A stretch of 56,890 nt of DNA from Octopus bimaculoides (GCF_001194135.2 NC_068989.1:3498035-3554924); one strand, 5' to 3'. Numbered from the stretch's first letter, positions 13,965 through 26,663 are shown. Made by a program: numbers and translations. Notes: generated by a model from the letters alone, not told the origin.

Positions 13965-15783
13965 ATTGATGAACACACGAAGGTAAATCCATACATATAT
14001 AAACATATTAAAATAACCGCTGCCCCACATCATTGGAGGCGCATTTTTGCGGTCCGCGCAGGATCTTTGATTGCCGACCTGTGTTGTCACATCAATTCGT
14101 GATAAGCGTTACATGGTTCGTAATTGTGCGTACTATGTCATCCCGCATCAGTGATGGATAAGACTTAAACGAGGATAAATGTACTTCAGATGTGTCGATT
14201 GTTTTATGTCTCCCAGTTAGATAAGCTCACCACCGGTGACTGACCTAACTCTTAGAGACATTTTTTATTTCAACGCGTAACTAATTTTAAATGTGGACAG
14301 TGAGTTTCTTAAGAATGTTTGTACGCTGCCAAACATTATTAAAAATAGTAAACCAATACCTGAACAAGAAACAGCTATTACAGTGTAAATAGTACGAAGA
14401 TAATGCACACATTTCGAAAGGCGTGGTAAACAGTAGCAAGAAAATGCGATTATGTGGGCGACACTAAGAAAATACTCGCAGAAATCAATGTAACGAAATA
14501 CAATAAAAATACGAACATCTTAAAATATTCTCAAGAAAAGAACAATGTTTCAAATATGTATCTATGTAATCATGTCTTTTTCTTCAAGTATAAACTATAT
14601 AATTGTATAAAATACTCAACAAGGATAGTATTGTTTGACCCAATACTATAATGATTCCACCAGATTCGCTTTTAAGAGATACAAGCAGGATTCCTTGCTT
14701 CGTTGTATATACAGGAATTTAGTGGAGTCACGATACTGGATCATACAATACTACCCTTGTTAAATATATTATATAATTATGTATCCTTTACTTAAAGAAA
14801 CATGAAATATTTCTATCTAAAATATCATTATTTGTTTCTTTAGATAGTTTAATGGCGTTCCTGTCTGTAGTTAGTTTTTCTTTCTGGTTTCTGTATTGTC
14901 TGAGCCTTGTAACAAGGATTCCTATTGTGTGGGTGTATTATACAAAACTGGTTCCACATTTTTGGCATTTTCTGTATCTTATGAAGGTGTGTAGTTAAGA
15001 ACCGGCTCACGTGGTTTAAATCATTTGCCAAATGCTTAAAGTAAACAGGAGGAATCTGCTGTACATTGGTTCATTCATTGTTCATTCGTAAATGAATGGT
15101 AAGGGCTTTCGTTGGCAGTTGACTTGATACCTATTGCCTACCCTAAATATTTATTCTTCACGTGTACGTAGTGTGAGAGTGTGCCTTTGTAGAATTCTTT
15201 ACTGAAAGTGGAAAACGTTATTAAAGTAAAAAGAAATGAGGGGAGAACTTCAAGAAATTAGCAACAACCTTTTAAACTGATACGTTTAGAGAAGACGGTG
15301 AGCTAGCGGAATCAGTATAAAGGCGCCGGACAAAATACTTAGCGGTATTTCTTCCGCCTTTTTGCGTTCTGAGTTAAATGACACCGAGGTCGACTTTGCC
15401 CTTCAGGATCGATAACATAAGATTCTGTTGACTATGAGGTCGATGTAACCGACTAACCCCTTCCACCAAAAATTCTTGACCTTGTGTCAAAATTAGAATG
15501 TATATGTTTAGAGGAGGAGAGTCTGATCTTTGCAGACAGGGGACAACTGTACGCTAGTTTCGGTCTATTACACCTCATCAGCGTATTATAGTCAATGAAA
15601 CGCTAGGGCTGATATGCTGCTTTTACACTTTTTACCATAAGAAAGAATTCTTTTCTCCGCGGCAAACTGCAGGGCATTTGCCTTTAGGAAGCTGAAATAG
15701 GTCACAAACATATTTTAACTGACCTAAAGTTTGTTTAACTTCAAATTTATGTGTGCGCGCGTGCGTATGCAAGACATTGCACA

Positions 15784-15818
<35 letters not shown>

Positions 15819-15848
15819 CCAAATATGAGTGTGTATATATACACACAC

Positions 15849-15884
<36 letters not shown>

Positions 15885-16098
15885 CAAATATGAGTGTGTA
15901 TATATACACACACATATATATANNNNNNNNNNNNNNNNNNNNNNNNNNNNNNNNNNNNNNNNNNNNNNNNNNNNNNNNNNNNNNNNNNNNNNNNNNNNNN
16001 NNNNNNNNNNNNNNNNNNNNNNNNNNNNNNNNNNNNNNNNNNNNNNNNNNNNNNNNNNNNNNNNNNNNNNNNNNNNNNNNNNNNNNNNNNNNNNNNNN

Positions 16099-16135
<37 letters not shown>

Positions 16136-17448
16136 ATTGTATTGTAGTTCGCTTGAAGCCTTGTGTATTGTTTGTAAAAAATAAAGTGTTTCGAATGACA
16201 CAACAATGCACTATAATAACCCCAATGGATTATAATAACTGTTGTAATTTAATCATCCATAGTCTGATATGATATTTCGGAATATCACACTTAATGCAAG
16301 TACATTAAGGGAAACCAAATTACCTGCGGTGGATTACAGCTAAGATGATGTGTACACAAACTATACAAGAAAAATCTACCACATCTAACTTTCTTTCGCA
16401 CGCTTTCGGATTTTATCGCCTGCCCCTCGAGGTAAGGTATTGTAAAATGTAACGGGTAAAAATAAATATTTCCTTAAAACTTCATGCATTGTTCATCTTT
16501 CACATCTTACAACTTGCCGTTACAATTTAATTCCAACCGTTGCACACACACACACATACACATATATATATATAAAAAAGCACAGAAACATCATACAACT
16601 CAACGGCAACATGTTCCATCGACCTGTTAGAAAATAGCAAACAAGTCTCTCTCTCTCTCTTCAAATCTCAACAGAATGAAAAAGTCACATTGGATAATAT
16701 ACTCCAACACACACAAGGTCTAAAAATAAGGCGGTTGTAGCTATAAAGCCTTTGATTACAAGTCTGCTTGTTCAAGAGCAATTTGGAGCTCACCAACCAC
16801 ACCTAATCAACGTGACATCCGTTTGCTTTGAGAGAAGGAATTCCCAATTCACTGACAGTACCTAAGGGAATAGTATGACCATTACACCTTTCTATTACCA
16901 TCCCTTCACCAAAATATAATTAAAATTACGGATACTGTTGTTATTATAATTTGTTTTTCTTTCGCTTTCTTTTTCTCATGGCATTTATTCGTTTTATAAA
17001 TAATTTCCCAAGACATATGTTACACATACATAAGCTCTTTCGACACACTAACAAGATCAGCAAAATATGTTTAATGAGTGGTTTGTCGAGCTTCTGTTAC
17101 ATCGGTGTCTAAAAATATTGTTGTCATCCAGCCGCAGGAAAATGCATCTACGATAAAGAGTAAGGTGTCTCTCGATCATTAGAGATTATCCAAGCAATCA
17201 GTAGTTAACAACTCCCTTAATGCTGTTTAGTTTAAACAATGAAAATAAAAAAAATAAAAAAGCAAACAAGAAAGAAAGGCTTATGCATCACCATCTGCTT
17301 CCCGACGTTTGCTTCCCAACTTCATGATTTCGTGGCCCTTTGAGCAAACGCCTTCATGGTACCTTGAACAAGTGTCTTGTACTATAGCCCTGGGTCAACC
17401 AAAGCCTTATGAGTGGATTAGGTAGATGGAAACTGAAAGAATCCCGCC

Positions 17449-17482
<34 letters not shown>

Positions 17483-19332
17483 AACGCCAAAACGAATTTG
17501 TGTGTCAGTATGTCACACTTTGACCCCCCCCCCCACTCTCTCACTATTCAATGACACTTCTGCTCCTCTTGCTGGGGTGAGAGACGGTGAGGACAGTAGT
17601 GGATTGACAGTTGTGATAGTAATGGGGTATGAGTTAGTAATAGTATGATTTGTAGTTGTGATAGAGGCGGAGGCGACGGTGATGGTGGTGGTGGTGGTGG
17701 TAGCTGAGGTGGTCAAGCATGACGATGACAGTAAGGGGTATGAAAAGACAGTGGTGGTGGTGATGGTGTTGGAGGAGGAGGCGGCGAAGTCAAGGTGTTG
17801 ATGGTGGTGGCGTCAAAAGTCTGAATGGTGTGTGTATAGCAGTTGTGGTGGGAACGGTGGTGGTACTGGTGATGGTTAAAAACAATCAACAGAAAGAGAG
17901 AGAGAGAAAGAAGGAAAGAAAAGTTAGACAGAAAAAAAAAATTGTACTGACCCCTGAATGGGAAGACAAAAAATGTTGTTTATCAAGAAGCTTTGCAATA
18001 AGTTCCAAGTTGACAAATTATATTATTGTTTTGACGAAAATTGTTCATTGCTTGAAATATATTGGTCAAGTTTAATAAAATTTAATAAGTATTCAATGCA
18101 TGGAGTGTCATTGTTGGGCTCAAGGCCCAATGAAGAACCCTCCACGGGAGCTAACTTAAATGCTGCCTGATGGGACAGCTTTTAAGCTAGTATGGCAACA
18201 AAACCATGAATCCTACATCTGTTTGACCAAGACTGTTCTGATTGCAGAACATTTTCGTTAATTTTTTTCTCTCTCCGTTTTCTTTCGTCTTCTTTCCCCC
18301 TCCAAATCCTTTCTGTCGAAGAGCGTAAGCTCGAAACGTCAAAGACTTTTCCATTTTTTCCGAGCGTTGAACTAATACACCTGTTTGTTGTTCCTCCACC
18401 TGTCTTCGTCTTTTGCTTTCTGTAAATTGTAAGTTTGAACTATATATATATATATATATATATATGCACATACACAAACATACATGCATACATACATACG
18501 TACATACATATATGTATGTGTTCTCCAACAGCTTGACAACCGGTGTTGGTCGGTTTACGTCCCCGTAACTTAGCGGTTCGGCATAAAGAGAACGATACGA
18601 TATGTACCAGACTTCTAAAAGGACAAGAAATACAGGGGCCAACTTGCTGGTCTAAAACCCCATTAAAGCGGTGTCTGCAGCAGAGTTACAGTCCAACAAC
18701 TAAAACAGGTGAAAGCCAAAAGTTAAGCGATGCAACCACGTACAAGTATTACATTTGAAATGATGAGCGTCGTACACTTACTAGTGGATGTTCATACACG
18801 TGCAAGCTTGTGTCTAATTACTTTTCCGGTTGCGAAACCATAGGTGCTATGCACAAGGATCCGTGTTTATGTATTATATATCTGTGTGAATGAGAACGTC
18901 AGTAGGCTTGCAATGGCAATAAAAAGACGTGTATTTGTATAAAGAGAGGAAATACAGTTGCGAGAGAAAGAAAACTGTCTGTCTGTCTCTCTCGGATTCT
19001 CTTTCGTACGCACACACCCAAATATATAAATGAGGTTACGCACATTAAGCAAGTGGTTGCAATCCAAAGCAAAAAAGATTACGAAATAATCAAAGAAAAG
19101 AAACAAACATTTCACATTCTCTATGACAGATGGAATGTCCAGCGAAACACAACTTTCCCGATGTAAAAAGGATAAACAGAGAAAACACCTCTATCTATCT
19201 ATCTGTCTGTCTGTCTGTCTATCTATCTATTGACATAATACACTTGAAGGTATGTATGTATGTATGTATGTATATATATACAGATAGATAACACGATAGA
19301 CAGACGAACAGAGACAGTACTGGAATTTCTCT

Positions 19333-19561
19333 CGCGGGTCGGTACTACTAAAGCAGCGCGGACCCGAACGCGCAGTCGCGCGTCCGCGCTAGCTAGTCGT
19401 GAGTGGTCGATCCTAACCCTAACCCTAACCCTAAACACGTATTCATTTGCATACGCGGGTTAGGGTTAGGGTTAGGGTTAGGTTCGACCACTCAAGACTA
19501 GCTAGCGCGGACGCGCGACTGCGCGTTCGGGTCCGCGCTGCTTTAGTAGTACCGACCCGCG
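19333..19561. repeat. 229-bp CpG-rich palindrome with inward (TAACCC)n/(GGGTTA)n telomeric repeats
   Basis: Arms 19333-19434 and 19460-19561 are reverse complements at 100/102 positions. Confidence 0.95.
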
Positions 19562-20429
19562 GGTCTCCCTTGATCACTACAAAGTCTTTTACCTCGTTTG
19601 TAAATCCAAACGCATAATTGTGTGCGCGCGCGCGCGTTTGTGTGTACGTATGCATTTGTATGTATGCATGCGTGTATGTATATGTGCATGAATGTATGAT
19701 GTATGTACAATGTATGTAAGTATACATGTGTATGTTTGTGAGGTATTGCTTAGTCCATATTCCATAGAATGAGAGAGCAGTGTTATGGTCAAAAGCATTC
19801 CACCCACGACCACTTCATCAAAAAGTATGTTAAACTACATAATTCATTATGCCTTTCCAGTTTTAAAACGTTACACAGTGATTTCAAAGGAAATATGGTT
19901 GCTGTTATTCCCAAAATGATAAGCTGTGAATAAGTTTGTTCGTTTGCCTGTAAATATAATGTACGCACAGTTTTACATACTTAACAGGACAAACAACCTG
20001 TGGATACTGTCAAAACACGATTTCTTTTTTTCTTTTACTTTTCGTACTATAAAAATGCAATCAGTCTCCGAATTAGTTACAAACTCTTCCACTATTGTCT
20101 ACTTAATAACAGAATCTGTGGCGTTCAAGCCTTCTATTTCTTGCAAGTAATTTATTTACATGCAGAATACCAGAGATATTTAAACATTGCGAGAACAATA
20201 CAATCACACACACACGCACGCGTGCGCGCAGAATTACAATAAATGTAAAAGCGATAAAAATATAATACCAGTAATATACCGAGGTCGATTTAATATACTT
20301 TACCTCTCCCCGTAACTGCTGGCCTTGTGCATAAGATATGAAATCATTCTCAAAGCAAAAACAAGAGATTTATCTGTGTCTGTCTGCATGTGTCTTCGTT
20401 TGTTAGTACAATCATACACACACACACAC

Positions 20430-20462
<33 letters not shown>

Positions 20463-20504
20463 NNNNNNNNNNNNNNNNNNNNNNNNNNNNACACACACAC
20501 ACAC

Positions 20505-20535
<31 letters not shown>

Positions 20536-20627
20536 ATCGTCAGAAATTACAAAGTTGCCGAAGGGCCGATAATATCTATCATACACGAAACTCTCAGGCC
20601 TTGAGTCATTTTGAGACCGTTACAGTT

Positions 20628-20665
<38 letters not shown>

Positions 20666-22818
20666 TGTATGTATGCATGCATGTATGTGTGTGTATACGC
20701 GCGTGTGTGTGCTTTTATGTTAAGTTTTAATAAAAACAGCTTAACATTAAACTGAAGAATTTGTATAGTACATGTTTTACAAGACGAGTGACAGGGACTT
20801 GGAAGTTTCGGTCTCAGTCCGACGAAGGTCAGTAGGTCGATACTTCGAACTCACTGTCATCCCTCTTGTAACAGTTATGTACCATAGATATAAGGCAAAT
20901 ATTGGCGGTGGTGCCGTAAATTAGATTAAGCTTCAGTTCTCGAATGTTATTTACTCCATCGCTCTCTGAAAGAAGGAAAAAACAGAGTCGACCCCGGCGG
21001 GATTTGAACTCAGTATAATAAACTTACTCGGTATGAGAAATCAATAAAAAGATATAAGGCTCACCCCAAATGTTTCCTGGAAGCTTGCCATTGGAAATCC
21101 AGGTTAAAATCCTTTAACAACAAGTGAAGTACTGTATTCCTGTAAACGGGACACGTTCAGTGCGTCACTCTTTTGAAAGTTCATAAACATAAATAAAAAC
21201 TTTCAGCTGTTTACAGTTAGTTGATATTTGATGTAAGCGGCGCACCTTCAGATTTATACCTCAATGGAACTTGTGAAAAGAATTTAAATAACGATCGGCA
21301 AATAGTTTTGTAGTCTTATTTAGAAAAGGTGAAAGATTTTTCTATGTAAGAAAGTTACGAGAAATGAGACTGTACGAAGAATAGTTTCTGTTTTACACCA
21401 GGACATTAGCGGTTCAACTGAGTTACAACCGGATAATGTGAACGAGACCGGAGTGTCAAGCGCACTTACTTTGCTGGGAACTTTTCAACTGTCTTATATT
21501 GCAGTTGTAAATTCGGTCCCGGCTGAGCAGATTAAAAAATATTGTCTTCTTTTTTTTAATGAGGAAATAGGCGGGGGGGTCTAAATTTTGAATTTGAGAT
21601 TTTTGAAAATTATTTTTCAGAATCGGAATCTCCATAGCCTAAAACGTGGGATTCCGTAAAAAAAAAAAAAATAAGGGGGGGGGAAGGTTCAGATTACATA
21701 TAGTCCGTCTCTGCCCACCCGACATACACGTGTTGGGTGCATCATAAATCAACAGCAGTATTTAACGTACTTTTATTATAAGAACTTGTACATAAAGCTG
21801 TGATCACCCTGTTTTTATTGTTTGGAAAAGTATGGACTACATTTATTATTTTAATGTATTCTTTTTTAAAAACTGTAGGCTGTAGTTTAGAGAAATTTGG
21901 CTGCTCTTTCTACATGTTTAAGCGACCACTTGGAGATCCGTTTATTAGCTAGCCGTCTGCTCGCACAGTGGTAACACATTTGTTCATTGGTCTATTCACG
22001 TACATACAGAAGCTAAATAGGAAACCCTCCATATTATCGTTAGAAATAGCTTCAGTTTCCTTAAGTACTCATTATCGTCTTAAAGTGAAAAGTTATACTG
22101 AATAAAGTTATCCCTTGATTTATTATGTGCAACCAAACAATTAGATGTTTCTGTCTGTTTTTCTAGGTTCGCGCTATCATGGCTGACCTGGGGTTAAAGA
22201 AGAACAGCAACACGCGCATTTCAGAAACATTGAAGCGCGAATCTTAATGTATAACTTTGCGCGTATAATTTTAATTCTGATAACAATGCGGTCTCTTTGT
22301 TTAATTATATTTTGTCTATAAAGTATTTTGTAATATTGTCAACTTGTTTCCCTTGTAACGAATAAAAATTACACGTACATACATACATATGAATGCGGGT
22401 GTGTTTATTTACACTTTAACCATTTAAAAAATTTATAAACCCCAATTTTATTCCTGTTTTACTCCCATAGCTATTCTATGTTTCAAAAAAATCCTATTAT
22501 ATTTTTATTATTAAACATTTTAAGGAATTGTATAGAAATATTGTTAAAATATTTTGCACGTTAGTATTTTATGTATTGTAGAAGTATAAAGCAAGTTATT
22601 GCACATAAATTTTATCAATAAAATCTTATATGAAGCCCCAAAGGACCCATATTGCGAACCATCGAGCTAAACGCATGAACGAGCCACCAAGTAAAACCGC
22701 TTGGCGATCACTCGACCTGCGCCAAATAACAGCCAAAACAACCTGAGATCACGTGGAGTTAAACAAATCTAATTTCCGTGGAAGGCCGTAAGCGGCCTCC
22801 AGTGTGGCATTAACCACA

Positions 22819-22982
22819 ATGGTAAATGGCGCTTTAAGTGGTTCGTCTTTTGCAGCGATGTCAGCATGTTTGGAAGACGGTCGGAATGTATCGGGTTATC
22901 ACCACAAGAAGACATGGTCCATGTTGTATGCCGAAAGACTGAAGAATCTAGGAAGGTTCTCGCTGTATCTTAATGTCGACAG
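22819..22982 (+). CDS. UBE3D: UBE3D exon 1 (start uncertain: in-frame ATGs at 22819, 22858, 22921)
   Basis: Open frame ending MLYAERLKNLGRFSLYLNVDR; donor AG|GTTTAT at 22983, phase 2, matching the exon 2 acceptor; positioned like the vertebrate UBE3D N-terminus. Confidence 0.7.
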
Positions 22983-24344
22983 GTTTATATGATTTTCATT
23001 ATTCTTCATCGTTATATTTCTCCAATTTCTATCGCACACCGTAGAACAATTAATTTTGTTTTTATTGTATAAATAATCATTATGATGAAAATAACAATAG
23101 ATTATTAATTAATTAATTAATTATCATGAGTGTCTTAAAAATAAAAATAACATTCCACTTACAATATTTATAATTCAATTAAGACCTTTCTTTTATTTAT
23201 ATTTCAGTTAATAAAGAATTACATAAAAATGCATATAAGTAAATTGATATAAATACATGGAAATATCCGGTAAAACCGAATTAGTGTCGAAATCTTTATT
23301 ATAAATAGTTTTCTTCTTCGTATATCGTGTAATCAAAACATGATGTGAGGTTCACGTGTGTCTGGTAACATAATTAATTTTGAGTAACTTTGTGAAAATT
23401 AAATAGTATTTTTATCATCAGAATTGCTATTATTAGCAAGAGTGGCTGGAGCTTTGGACTAAATTTCCCTTCAAAGAATTTTAGTTCCCTTCGGTCTGGC
23501 TTAAAACCCGCGGGCTTTTCGTTTAGTCTCTAAACCAAATCGTTCCGTAACAATGCGGTACGCCGCGGATTTTTAAAACTGCAATTTAAGGTTTTTCAAA
23601 ATCCACACTAACTACTTGAGCCTTATGAAAATGTGTTACTCATAATGTCTGGAGTATTTTTTTATTTTGATAATTTAAAAACTTTAAAACAGATTTTAAA
23701 GAATTTCCTATGTGTAGTGCGCTCGTAATTTTACTTGATTTCCACTGAGTCTAAAAGAGTGGTTCTCAACCATTTTCTGCTTATGAACCTCTTTGATATC
23801 TATTTTACTCTACTGGTCCCTCATATCCATACAATCTTTCATCTTGCTTCAGTCATTTGAATGCTGCCATGCTGGGGCACCGTCTTGAAAGGTTTTAGTC
23901 GAACAAATCGACCCCGGGACTTAATTTTTTAAGCCTGGTATTTATTCTACACACCAACACCGGTTGTCAGGCGGTGGTGGGAGGACAAACACACACACCA
24001 AAGATGCACACACCTATCTATATAAATAAATAAATAATCGAAAAATATTTAACAATATTTCTTAAAATAAAAACACAACTTATCGAAGAATTGCTGTAAA
24101 CTCTTCCATAAGTTGTGTCTTTATTTTTGACTCATTTGATTAAATCATCTACCACTCCCCCTCACCATACCACTGCTGTTGATGTTTATCAATCCAAGGA
24201 AGAGGGAAAATAAAATCCAAACCAATTCTGATGGGATTCAAAATCAATTTTCACTTGGTCTGTTGTGCTTTTACTTCTGTTATTCCTCTCTGCCTTAATA
24301 CAATAACTTAGGATAACGATGATTACTTTTATATTTTTCTACAG

Positions 24345-24677
24345 GATCCAAAATGAAACGGGCTACAGCAACATTAGAGTCCAAGTAGATTCTGGGTCAG
24401 TCAGCATCACCACTGGACAAGGACGTGGCCGAGAATGGACTTGGAAGCTGGGCATTCCAGAGGTTCAGTTTCATCCTGCTTCTTGTCGAGGTCTTCGCTG
24501 TTCCCGCCATGGAGAGTTGCAGTGTACCCTGCAGACCTCTTTACCCAACCTGCTGATGTCTCCAGCACCTCCCACCACTTCCAGCCAACTGTCTTCCCAT
24601 CTGGTGGCTTCCCTTTCCAAGGGAACAGACAGCTGTAGATGTCGTATTTGTGGTAATGTTATTCTACCAGCCGAAAG
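24345..24677 (+). CDS. UBE3D: UBE3D exon 2
   Basis: Acceptor TTTTTCTACAG|G, donor AAG|GTAAAC; PEVQFHPASCRGL...CRCRICGNVI resembles my recollection of human PAEVRLVPSSCRGL...YCQSCGEVI. Confidence 0.9.
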
Positions 24678-24904
24678 GTAAACTAACTTCTCTTAGATTA
24701 TCATTTATTTCACTTCCTCACCTGAGGAATAATCGTTTCCTTGATCAGCTCTAATTCATTGACATCATCCACATATGCCACTTTTTTAGTTTAAAGGGAT
24801 AACCCTCAATTTCTCATTTTTGAAGTGGTACATACAGATCTATATTTAAGAGATGAGGAATTATTTACATTTGACGGATATTTGTCCTCATCTTGTTTGT
24901 TGTT

Positions 24905-24950
24905 AACACAATGTTTTGGCTGATATACCCTCCAGCCTTCATCAGGTGTC
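24905..24950 (-). ncRNA. Hammerhead ribozyme copy, probably inactive
   Basis: Core GAAA mutated to AAAA and ACGU to ACAU (CpG-type decay). Confidence 0.55.
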
Positions 24951-25185
24951 TTGGGGAAATTTCAAACCTGGGTTCTCATTCCTAGGGTATTTTTTCGATA
25001 TTATTATTATTATTATTATTATTATCATCATCATTATTATTATTATTCAGGTTAATGCTGAGCATTCCAGAATTTCAGTTCCATCCTGTTTGATTCCAGG
25101 CAGTGACCTGAATAATAGAAATAATAATAATAACAACATTGAAAAATACCTTAGGAATGAGAATCCAGGTTTTTAATTTCGCCAA

Positions 25186-25231
25186 GACACCTGATGAAAG
25201 CTGGAGGGTATATCAGCTGAAACGTTATGTT
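25186..25231 (+). ncRNA. Hammerhead ribozyme copy, core intact, stem I weakened
   Basis: GACAC-CUGAUGA-A-AGCUG-(10 nt)-CAGCU-GAAA-CGU-U-AUGUU. Confidence 0.6.
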
Positions 25232-25369
25232 AACAACAAACAAGATGAAGACAAAAGTCCATCAAATGTAAATAATGCAGTACATACAGAGTCGGTACTT
25301 ACAGAAGAGATGAAAGGAAACAACCTTGACAGAGCATGATACTGAATAGTTCTGATTAGTGGTCTTTCA

Positions 25370-25720
25370 CTCTAATCTTCCTGCAGATGTCATATGTTGC
25401 AGCAATCTAGGCTCTGAAAATGGTCCCAGAATCAGCTGCTGTGAGGTCATCTGCCAAAGTGTTGGTGCTCAGCTTTATTAAAAGATTTTGATTAATCTAA
25501 GTTGACAGGAACCCACTCGTGCCAGACTCTGTATCCACATTTCAACACTTTCTTTGATGTATTATATGGAGTGGAAATTGTTGTTCATTCGATCTATTCA
25601 AGGCGGCATGTGTCTACTCATTACCAATCAGCACGGCGACAAGTGTCAACCTCGTAGACCTTGGCTAAAATCTTGAATTCTGGGGTCTCTCTTGATCTGG
25701 TCCTTATCTCAGCAGTGCTA
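25370..25720 (-). mobile_element. Decayed L1/Tx1-like LINE RT fragment in UBE3D intron 2
   Basis: Minus-strand translation across frameshifts gives EFKILAKV...IGNE*THA...LADDLTAADSGTIFRA*IAATYDICRKIRV, resembling L1/Tx1 RT domains 1-3. Confidence 0.55.
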
Positions 25721-26663
25721 CCACTCCTTGGTTCACAACTGGGGATTCTCCAGTTCTGCTGCCAGTCACAGTGGATATCTGCCTAGAGGCCTCCAAACAA
25801 GTCTGACTTTGGTCAGCCTGGGTTAAAGTGGAAGACATTTGCCCAAGGTACCATCCAGTGGAACTAAACTTGGAACCATTGGTTGGGAAGCAAACTTCCT
25901 ACCACACAGTCACGCTTCTGCCTACATATTCATGTACTATGTGTGTGTGTGTATATATGCATACATATATATATATATACTCGCGCACACACACACACAC
26001 ACACAGGACCACAAACCACAGACAGTTTCTGATGAGCCTTCGAGCAGAAACAGAATTTATGTTGTTGGAGCCGTGGTTATGGATTAACCTTGTCTGTTGG
26101 TGTAAGATGACCAGAACACCAGTTAAACGAGGAAGATTTTTCAGTTCCATTCCTTGTATTTAATAGTTACACTGATTACTGGTACGTCCATGGCTTGGAC
26201 TAAAATCGACGTAGGTTTTTCTAAGATACCCGAAGGTCACTAGTTTCGGTGAAGGAAGCAATCAATTAAAAATGATTCTGGTATTCGGCTGATAATTTAA
26301 TTTCACGGTCCCTGAAGAATGAAAAGGCAAAAAATCAAACGCAGATCAGAAGTGATCTAAGGGGAATAACTATCATCGAGCTGTTTCAGAAAGGGAGATT
26401 AATCAGATCAGATGTAAATTTCTATTTTGGTTCAGTTATTTGGTAGTAATATTCCACGATCCATAATCTTTGGAGGTTGCGAAAGAAAACTCATTTTCGT
26501 ATCGTGTGAGCATGAACTTGTTTTAAGACTGAAAAAGAAAGATGGACTGATCACTGCTAGAATGCTTTTCTTTGATCATGGATCTATTCAGCTTGACTTG
26601 TGGCTAAACAATGATGGCAGACATTCATTATTTCTTTTTCTTTTTCGTTTTTATTTCCTGTAG

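Larger units (their letters stand above)
24842..25277. mobile_element. Palindromic (head-to-head) element with Penelope-type hammerhead tails, in UBE3D intron 2
   Basis: ~140-bp inverted arms (24860-25002 vs 25135-25277, about 88% identical by eye) around (ATT)n/(AAT)n and an inner TCAGGT..ACCTGA repeat. Confidence 0.85.

Noticed and set aside
15789-15922. Tandem duplicate of CCAAATATGAGTGTG between (TA)n runs
   Set aside because: Adjacent to a gap within microsatellite; likely slippage or an assembly artefact.
19412-19482. True chromosome end
   Set aside because: Only about four repeats per arm, internal and inverted, with ordinary sequence on both sides.
20819-20843. CCGACGA-AGGTC-AGTA-GGTC-GATAC hammerhead-like remnant
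   Set aside because: Two core positions are mutated and there is no stem I; cannot be distinguished from chance.
5800-22800. A divergent DOP1A-like gene head-to-head with UBE3D, as in human
   Set aside because: No Dopey-like peptide was recognised in any minus-strand frame I translated.
26025-26051. CUGAUGA...GAAAC hammerhead-like spacing
   Set aside because: Stem II is mismatched with an extra A before GAAA, and no stem I or cleavage triplet is found; a simple GTTTCTG/CAGAAAC hairpin explains it equally well.
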